A DNA stretch of 22,079 bases from Selenomonadaceae bacterium (GTDB lineage Bacteria; Vulcanimicrobiota; Xenobia; Xenobiales; JADMJV01): contig JBBCJA010000025.1 of NCBI GenBank assembly GCA_037189585.1, positions 1 to 22,079 of the forward strand, written 5' to 3'. Shown here one piece after another: positions 16,339 to 22,079 of the stretch. The notes beneath the pieces were generated by a model. The model was not told the DNA's origin, searched no databases, and saw only the letters and a list, made by a program, of their open reading frames with translations. Position 1 is the first letter of the stretch. The number at the start of each line of letters is the position of its first letter. A program made the position numbers and the translations under genes.

Positions 16339-17415
16339 CTAACCCGCCACGGTTCCATCGGGCTGGGGAGGCTCGACTGTGCTCTCAGGATTCTCGGGTG
16401 GAACCGATTCGGGAAGAGTGACTGGGGTCGGCTCCTGTCCCTCCGTCAGTTGTCTCATGCGATGTTTCCACACTTCAAGCAAGGCCGCGGTGGTGGCGAG
16501 GATCACCGGCCCCAGGATGATACCCGAGGCTCCGAACCATCCTACCCCGCCGATGACTCCGAAGAAGGTCATCAAAGGGTGAAGCTGCATGCGAGGCCCG
16601 ACGAGAAACGGGTACAGCACGTTGTCGATGGTGGAGACCACCAGGACGCCCCAAGCCGCCAGGAGAATTCCCTTCCCGACGCTTCCGCTCCAGATGAGAT
16701 AGACCGCGGCGGGAGCCCACACGAGAGCCGCGCCGAGAAACGGCAACAGCGCCAGTACGCTCATGACCATAAACCACAAGAGCGGAGTCGGAAGTCCCAG
16801 CCACCAGAACATCAAGCCGCCCAAACCGCCCTGGATGGTGGCCAGCATCAGACGTCCCCAGATGGTCGCATGAAGAATGTCGGAAATTCGGCTCGTGATC
16901 TGATCGAACTCCTCTTCGGAGAGGGGAAGCCAGGAGCGCAGATAGTCCACCATCAGCTTTCGGTCCCGAAAGAAGAAAAAGAGGCAGAAAGCGGCCACCG
17001 GGAGCTGAGTGACCGCGTTGAGCGAGTTCTTTAAAAGACCCGGGATACGACCGGCGACCTGTCTCAAGCCGTCCTGCACGTCGAGGTACTGACGTAGCGG
17101 GATCTCCTTCCACGGTTCATGCTCGATCCAGTATTGAATGGCGAGGGTCGCTTGCCGCACCAGGAGATCGCTTGCGATCCAAGCGGGAAGGATCAAAATG
17201 CAAGCTACCAGCATAACCGAGATCCCGGCCGCCACATTCGGGTTGTGCATTTTTCGGCTGAAGAAGCGATGAAGCGGACTTCCCACCACGGCGAAAGCCA
17301 GCGCCCAGGCCATGGCGGAAAGAAAGGGAGTCAAAAGCTGATAGCAGCCATACAGTGCCGCCACCACCATGGCGCCGAGGAAGATATAAGAGGCCGGCTG
17401 CCTGGTTTGATTCAC
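16339..17415 (-). CDS. AI-2E family (UPF0118/PerM-like) transporter
   Basis: The protein is 358 aa with 7-8 TM helices and the family's typical layout. The conserved C-terminal half reads ...GLPTPLLWFMVMSVLALLPFLGAALVWAPAAVYL...VVSTIDNVLYPFLVGPRMQLHPL. The GTG start overlaps the upstream stop (GTGA). Confidence 0.7.
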   Translation of the reverse strand: MNQTRQPASYIFLGAMVVAALYGCYQLLTPFLSAMAWALAFAVVGSPLHRFFSRKMHNPNVAAGISVMLVACILILPAWIASDLLVRQATLAIQYWIEHEPWKEIPLRQYLDVQDGLRQVAGRIPGLLKNSLNAVTQLPVAAFCLFFFFRDRKLMVDYLRSWLPLSEEEFDQITSRISDILHATIWGRLMLATIQGGLGGLMFWWLGLPTPLLWFMVMSVLALLPFLGAALVWAPAAVYLIWSGSVGKGILLAAWGVLVVSTIDNVLYPFLVGPRMQLHPLMTFFGVIGGVGWFGASGIILGPVILATTAALLEVWKHRMRQLTEGQEPTPVTLPESVPPENPESTVEPPQPDGTVAG

Positions 17416-17678
17416 CCGGGAAACTCCTCGTAGGCCTGAGCCCAGCGTTCGAGGTCCTGAGGCTCCATGTGCTCCATCGTCTCTTGAAAAACCAGCAGCC
17501 CCGTCCTCTCAAAAGCATAGATGTAAGCAGGGTCCGCTCCGTTATCACGCATCGCCTGAATCATCTTATCCCTGGTCTTGAGGTCGTGCTCGGCCAACCG
17601 CCGGCCGAATTCGGCTCGGGCCATTCGTTCCAACTGGTCCTGGGCGTTCTCTTTATCACTGCTATCCTGGTGGCTCAT
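17412..17678 (-). CDS. Hypothetical soluble protein (88 aa), translationally coupled to the AI-2E transporter
   Basis: The ATG at 17678 has AGGGG 4 nt upstream. It is helical and charged, with no recognisable motif. Confidence 0.45.
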   Translation of the reverse strand: MSHQDSSDKENAQDQLERMARAEFGRRLAEHDLKTRDKMIQAMRDNGADPAYIYAFERTGLLVFQETMEHMEPQDLERWAQAYEEFPG

Positions 17679-17709
17679 TCGCCCCTATTTCCCAGAGAGC
17701 TCGAAGGCC

Positions 17710-17741
17710 CCTCGCGATACAGGCGGACTCTTCGCGATACA
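17710..17741. promoter_or_regulatory. Two direct repeats c(c/t)TCGCGATACA spaced 20 bp apart in a divergent promoter region
   Basis: 17710-17721 is cctcgcgataca and 17730-17741 is cttcgcgataca, matching at 11 of 12 positions. They lie between the divergent starts at 17678 (-) and 17824 (+). Confidence 0.3.
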
Positions 17742-17823
17742 TCCCAAGCGCGGAGCCGAAAGGCCCCAATTCCACGCCGCACTTAACGAATATGTAACAT
17801 CAAGAAGATAGGATACACGCCAT

Positions 17824-18579
17824 ATGCGATATCTATTGATCCTATTCTTCTTGTTTTCCATTCCCGCCCTGGCTGAGCCCTACTATATGAGCATCGCGCG
17901 GGATCTCGAATTGACCGGCGACATAGCCTCCCACTCCGACGACTCCGACATGCGGATGACCTGGGTCTACAATCACCCCTCGTGGCTCGTGGAGGAAGGG
18001 CTTCGCGTCTTTTTAGAAGACGGCGAATACGGCCTGGAAAAGGTCGAGAAAGCGCGTTCCGACACTTACATGGAGAGCCGTTGGCTGGTCCAGGGTCGTA
18101 AGCAGATTCCCTTCACTTTAGTCGGTGCCGAGCAGATCCGGACCAAACTCAGCGCGCGCATCAAACCACTCGAGGAAAATAAAACCGAGGTGGTTTTTAA
18201 CGTCGCCTTGCAAGTTCAAGACAAAGACAGAATCAGTAGCGGCTGGGTGGATCGCGGCGAGCGGCTAGCTCGAGAGTATATCTGGATCGCGGCCAGCTCC
18301 ACCGGCGTTTCCACGCGATACCCCGATAATAAAGCGATCTTCAAACCCTTGTTGGCCGACTACAAAGCGGGAAAGCGACACGGAGTGAAAGGCTACGAGC
18401 TTCCACCCCGACAGACCGCTCAAAAGCCCCCGGAACAAAATCCAGCTACTGGAGCCAGCCAGCCAGCTAGCGGCGGAAGCTCGCTTGCCGAGGAGATCAA
18501 AAAGCTTAAGGATCTCCTCGATGCCGGCGCGATCACTCAAGAAGAGTACGACGCGGCCAAGGCCAAGCTGCTCAAGTAG
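17824..18579 (+). CDS. Secreted protein with C-terminal SHOCT domain
   Basis: The signal peptide is MRYLLILFFLFSIPALA. The C-terminus SLAEEIKKLKDLLDAGAITQEEYDAAKAKLLK is a textbook SHOCT motif. The ATG at 17824 has AGGA 11 nt upstream. Confidence 0.6.
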   Translation: MRYLLILFFLFSIPALAEPYYMSIARDLELTGDIASHSDDSDMRMTWVYNHPSWLVEEGLRVFLEDGEYGLEKVEKARSDTYMESRWLVQGRKQIPFTLVGAEQIRTKLSARIKPLEENKTEVVFNVALQVQDKDRISSGWVDRGERLAREYIWIAASSTGVSTRYPDNKAIFKPLLADYKAGKRHGVKGYELPPRQTAQKPPEQNPATGASQPASGGSSLAEEIKKLKDLLDAGAITQEEYDAAKAKLLK

Positions 18580-18616
18580 CCTGGAAATCGGTTTTCCCCC
18601 AGGAGAGCTTCTCACC

Positions 18617-19537
18617 ATGAGGAATATTCTCTTTATGAAAAACCTGGCTTTTTCCTTTTCTCTTTTGGTCATACTACTCGCATGTCCGATCCTGGCTCAG
18701 GACGTCATGCCTCCGTCAGGCTCGCGCGTGGTCGCCGGGTTGGAGGGCGTGGTGCTCAGTTGGCCGGGCGCGGCCAAGACGAAATACCTGCTCCAGATCA
18801 CCACCGGTCAAGTGATCGTCGCCGAGCAAGAAGTCACGGGCAATCGAGTGTCCTTCCAACTTCGACCGGGACTTGGCTACCAGTGGAAGGTCAGTCGGAT
18901 GACGGCTGCCGGGTTTCAAGAAATTGTCCCCACGCAAAACTTTCAGGTCGTGACCGACACCGAAGTCGCCATCAAGGGCGTGGGCGGTAAGAACGGAAAG
19001 CCGGGAACACGTGCGAGCAACTATCGCGGCGGCGACGGGGAGAGCGGAAAAAATGGACTTCCTTTGACGGCCACCCTGACTCCCATGGGCGAGTATGTAG
19101 CTCTGACCGTCACCGGAGCGCCCGCCAATCGGCAGTTTCTCCTCGCCCCAGGAGCGAGCCCTCTGCTCCTATCTTCCGTTGGCGGCTCTGGGGGCGCCGG
19201 CGGACCAGGGTACAAGGGTCGAGACGGAGAGTTCTTCATCGGTACCCGAGCCGTGTCCGTGCCCGAACCGGGCGGCGACGGCGGTCGTGGGGGCAGAGGG
19301 GGAGACGGTGGAAACATCACCGTGGTCTCCAACGGTTTGGATGTGAGGAGATTTCTCCAGTTCGACACGCGTGGCGGTGACGGTGGAGCCCCTGGCGCCG
19401 CCGGGCTGGGAGGCCGCGCTCCCGGCATTCCCATCGAGCTCCAGTACCACTACGGTTACGCCCAGCAGCCGGGATCCAACGGACAACCTGGCGTCCCCGG
19501 AATGCCGGGTCGAGACGGTCAGGTTTTCATTCGGTAA
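18617..19537 (+). CDS. Secreted Fn3/Ig-like domain protein with Gly-rich collagen-like (G-X-Y) C-terminal repeats
   Basis: The ATG at 18617 has AGGAGAG 10 nt upstream. The signal peptide is MRNILFMKNLAFSFSLLVILLACPILA. The Fn3-like beta segment is VVAGLEGVVLSWPG...YQWKV. The Gly-rich modules are GKNGKPG, GGSGGAGGPGYKGRDGEFFIG and PGSNGQPGVPGMPGRDGQVFIR. Confidence 0.6.
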   Translation: MRNILFMKNLAFSFSLLVILLACPILAQDVMPPSGSRVVAGLEGVVLSWPGAAKTKYLLQITTGQVIVAEQEVTGNRVSFQLRPGLGYQWKVSRMTAAGFQEIVPTQNFQVVTDTEVAIKGVGGKNGKPGTRASNYRGGDGESGKNGLPLTATLTPMGEYVALTVTGAPANRQFLLAPGASPLLLSSVGGSGGAGGPGYKGRDGEFFIGTRAVSVPEPGGDGGRGGRGGDGGNITVVSNGLDVRRFLQFDTRGGDGGAPGAAGLGGRAPGIPIELQYHYGYAQQPGSNGQPGVPGMPGRDGQVFIR

Positions 19538-19612
19538 GACCGACTTCTGGTTTCCCGAAGGCTCGAAGTAGCTGGAGACACCTCGTCGCGGATGGTGATT
19601 TGGACTCGTGCT

Positions 19613-19648
19613 ATTTTGATTGACCGTTCAAAATAAAATGCCTATACT
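19613..19648 (+). promoter_or_regulatory. Sigma70-type promoter (TTGACC-17 bp-TATACT) driving a leaderless TetR mRNA, overlapped by inverted repeat ATTTTGA-N8-TCAAAAT
   Basis: The -35 is at 19620-19625, followed by a 17-nt spacer and a -10 at 19643-19648. The predicted TSS is about 19655-19657 and the ATG is at 19658, with no SD. The inverted repeat arms at 19613-19619 and 19628-19634 overlap the -35. Confidence 0.5.
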
Positions 19649-19657
19649 CAGCGGCGA

Positions 19658-20230
19658 ATGCCGAAGATTGTCGACCACGAGCAGTATCGAGAAGAGTTGA
19701 TCTGGGCCTGCTACGGCGTTTTCGCCGATCAGGGTTTCGCTCGCTGCACCATGAAAGAGCTGGCCAAGGCCGCTGGAGTAACACCTGGAACGCTTTACCA
19801 CTATTTCCAGGATAAACTTCAGCTTTTCCAGTGTGTGGTGAGAACCATCGCCGAAACCGACCTGGAAGAATGGGGTCGAGTGATCGCCCGAGCGAATGGG
19901 GTAGCGAGCCGTCTCAAAGAGCTCGGCGACTACATCGACAGGAACGAGATCTATTTCGCCCGCCAATACCGTATCTGGCGCGAGGTAGCCGCTCACCTGG
20001 ACAAGGGCGACAGTTTCTCTCAAGAACTCCGCACCCTCTATGCGCGCTATCTTCAAGTCCTCGGTGAAATTTTCGACGACCAGTCGATCTCCACCGAGGC
20101 TCGCTCGCGCCTAATCATTCTTTTGGCATCGGTGGTCGACGGTCTAACCTTCCATCGTCAGGTGAAGCCGGATCACCCTACATTCTCGGAGGTCTTCACC
20201 ACCTTTGGAAGTCTTCTAGGAGCCTCATGA
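19658..20230 (+). CDS. TetR-family transcriptional regulator
   Basis: The N-terminal HTH is ARCTMKELAKAAGVTPGTLYHYFQDK. It is followed by a C-terminal ligand domain. The stop overlaps the next gene (ATGA). Confidence 0.85.
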   Translation: MPKIVDHEQYREELIWACYGVFADQGFARCTMKELAKAAGVTPGTLYHYFQDKLQLFQCVVRTIAETDLEEWGRVIARANGVASRLKELGDYIDRNEIYFARQYRIWREVAAHLDKGDSFSQELRTLYARYLQVLGEIFDDQSISTEARSRLIILLASVVDGLTFHRQVKPDHPTFSEVFTTFGSLLGAS

Positions 20231-21360
20231 TGAAGCGCGCGATTTTCCTCACCTGCCTTCTCCTGATCGGCTGTCAAACTCCCGCCATCACCTCCTCCCC
20301 TACTCCGACACCGACTCCTCAGGCTCTCCGCTCGGTCTCCGCTCTGGCCCGCTTGGAACCTTCGGGAGAGATTCATCGAGTTGCGCCTCCGGTGGGACGA
20401 GCCAACGAACCGGTCCACCGCTGGCTGGTCAAAGAGGGAGACACAGTTCGCAAGGGTCAGGCCATCGCGGTGATGGATTCCGAAACGTTATTACGGGCGG
20501 ATCTGGCCAAGGCCGAGGCCCAGGTCCAACGGGCGCTGGCCGTACAGGCCCAGGTGGAAGCGGGCCCCAAACTTGGCGAGATGCGACGCCAGGAGGCCGA
20601 GATCGAACGACTTCGACGCGAGCGCTCCATCGGGCTAGAGCAGAGCGAGTCGGCCATCCGGCGGGCTACCACGGCGGAAGACACCGCCAAACGGGAGTGG
20701 GAGAGATACCGCGCCCTGATGGCCGAAGGTGCGGTCAGTCAATCCGTCTACGATCAGAAAGAGACCGAATACTTACTTCGCCAACGCGAACGTGAGGAGC
20801 TACAGCGGGCCAGGGAGAAACTCGACGCGACCCTTCTGGCCAGCGTGGAATCGGCCCGTGGAGAGCTCGACCGGATCGCCGAGGTGCGTCCCACCGACGT
20901 TCGACTGGCTCAGACCGAGGTCGAGGCCGCGCGAGCCGAGGTCGCCCGGGTCAAAGCCGAATTGGAAAAGACCAGAGTCCTCTCCCCCATCGACGGCAAG
21001 GTCTTGGAGATCTTGACCCGTACCGGTGAGATGCCGGGGACCGACGGTCTGGTGGAGATAGGGCAAGTCGAGCGGATGGTCGCCATCGCCGAGGTTCATC
21101 AACAAGATGCCGCCCGCGTTCGCCTGGGCATGCTGGCGGAGGTTCGCTCGCCCGCTCTCTCTCAACCGATCCAGGGAAAGGTTCAAAAGCTTGGCGAGCA
21201 GGTCCTGAGGCAGCGCATCTTTAGCAACATCCCCGGTGAAAACTTCGACCAGCGAGTAGTGGAAGTGGAGATCGCCTTGGAGATGACCACGGCTCCCGAA
21301 GTGCGCCGGCTGTCCAATCTGCAGGCCGAGGCCGTCATCGAGGTCGGGCAGACCAGGTGA
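20227..21360 (+). CDS. HlyD/DevB-family periplasmic adaptor (membrane fusion) lipoprotein
   Basis: The lipobox is LLIGC. It has a long coiled-coil (AEAQVQRALAVQAQVEA...) and a C-terminal beta-barrel/MPD. It sits next to a DevC-like permease. Confidence 0.8.
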   Translation: MMKRAIFLTCLLLIGCQTPAITSSPTPTPTPQALRSVSALARLEPSGEIHRVAPPVGRANEPVHRWLVKEGDTVRKGQAIAVMDSETLLRADLAKAEAQVQRALAVQAQVEAGPKLGEMRRQEAEIERLRRERSIGLEQSESAIRRATTAEDTAKREWERYRALMAEGAVSQSVYDQKETEYLLRQREREELQRAREKLDATLLASVESARGELDRIAEVRPTDVRLAQTEVEAARAEVARVKAELEKTRVLSPIDGKVLEILTRTGEMPGTDGLVEIGQVERMVAIAEVHQQDAARVRLGMLAEVRSPALSQPIQGKVQKLGEQVLRQRIFSNIPGENFDQRVVEVEIALEMTTAPEVRRLSNLQAEAVIEVGQTR

Positions 21361-22079
21361 GTCTTTGGCGCCGCATATTGCTAGCCTGGCGGGTGCTCAA
21401 AAAAGAGCGAACCCGCCTTCTCATCGCCATCCTGGGAATAGCTTTCGCCGATGTGCTGATGCTGATGCAGCTTGCCATCCGCGATGCTCTTTTCATCTCC
21501 ACTAGCACCGTGCAGGAAGCGATCAAGGGCGACCTTTTCATGGTCAACCAAAACTTCGAGACCCTGATCGCTCCGCTACCCATCGAGCGGGCGACCCTCT
21601 ATCGCGTCCTCGGACACGAACAGGTGCGGGAAGTCGCGGCCCTCTATATGGCCATCATCCCCTGGAAAAACCCCGTCACCCGAACCGATCGTGGCATCCT
21701 GGTCATGGGATACGACCCCTATGTGAATCTCTTTGACGAAAAGATCGCCAGTCGTGCGGAAGTGGACAAGCTCAAACGGTTTGGCGACGTGCTGTTCGAC
21801 CGTCTCGGGAGACCCGAGTTCGGACCCGTCCCACAGCTGCTTGCCCAGGATGGACCGGTAACCACCGAGGTCAACAAAGTGCGGGTCCGAGTCGTCGGAC
21901 TTGCCACCATCGGGGCGGGCTTTGGAGCCGATGGGAACATTATCTGCTCGGACACCACCTTTCACCGCATCTTTCCCTATCACAAGCCTCGCGACATTGA
22001 GGTGGGAGTCATTCGTCTCCAGCCGGGGGCCGACCCGATCGCCGTCGCCCGAGACCTCAATGCGGTCACCGGAAAAACC
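21357..22079 (+). CDS. DevC/MacB-type ABC transporter permease (FtsX fold), 3' end outside window
   Basis: The GTG at 21357 overlaps the upstream TGA (GTGA). The frame is open to the window end. It translates to VSLWRRILLAWRVLKKERTRLLIAILGIAFADVLMLMQLAIRDALF..., a TM1 followed by a large periplasmic domain. This gene is absent from the supplied ATG-based track. Confidence 0.7.
   Translation, partial: MSLWRRILLAWRVLKKERTRLLIAILGIAFADVLMLMQLAIRDALFISTSTVQEAIKGDLFMVNQNFETLIAPLPIERATLYRVLGHEQVREVAALYMAIIPWKNPVTRTDRGILVMGYDPYVNLFDEKIASRAEVDKLKRFGDVLFDRLGRPEFGPVPQLLAQDGPVTTEVNKVRVRVVGLATIGAGFGADGNIICSDTTFHRIFPYHKPRDIEVGVIRLQPGADPIAVARDLNAVTGKT

Noticed and set aside
16450-17113. 194-aa (+) and 212-aa (-) ORFs inside the AI-2E transporter gene
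   Set aside because: They are Arg/Pro/Gly-rich artefactual frames. The transporter frame has coherent TM helices.
18485-18616. Upstream extension of the collagen-like ORF (MPRRSKSLRISS...), which would overlap the SHOCT gene
   Set aside because: The extension has no SD and overlaps the preceding gene. The ATG at 18617 has a good SD and is immediately followed by a signal peptide.
1-22079. CRISPR arrays, rRNA/tRNA genes and obvious IS transposase genes
   Set aside because: I saw no regularly spaced direct repeats, tRNA-like cloverleaf candidates in the short intergenic regions, or transposase-like ORFs. The only mobile-element-like signal is the non-autonomous inverted-repeat element at 15051-15220.

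Overview
The window is high-GC bacterial DNA with compact, overlapping genes; it looks chromosomal, and I make no call on the taxon. It holds about 20 protein-coding genes. I found no rRNA, tRNA or CRISPR array.

The main feature is a tightly coupled seven-gene minus-strand operon (139..9458). It fuses a RiPP-like modification cassette to a signalling set. The cassette is a PqqD/RRE-like protein, a GT2 glycosyltransferase, an HprK-related P-loop kinase and a TPR protein. The signalling set is a giant cytoplasmic VIT-vWA-vWA protein, an acyl-CoA-dehydrogenase-fold protein and a receiver-domain-fused Ser/Thr kinase.

The operon is head-to-head with a plus-strand ABC exporter and an uncharacterised nucleotidyltransferase (PF14907-like), 9457..12301. 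The HprK/PqqD/nucleotidyltransferase/ABC combination is best known from phosphorylated lasso-peptide clusters. No lasso cyclase, leader protease or precursor peptide is detectable here, so this looks like an orphan, undescribed modification system.

Downstream genes are a Ca-type P-type ATPase with a 12-codon overlapping upstream ORF, a PP2C phosphatase and an AI-2E transporter. Further along are a secreted SHOCT protein, a secreted Fn3-like/collagen-like Gly-X-Y protein, and a leaderless TetR gene followed by a DevB/HlyD adaptor and a DevC-like permease that runs off the window.

A perfect 23-bp inverted repeat flanks a 124-bp AT-rich core between the convergent ATPase and PP2C genes. It looks like a MITE bounded by CTAG.
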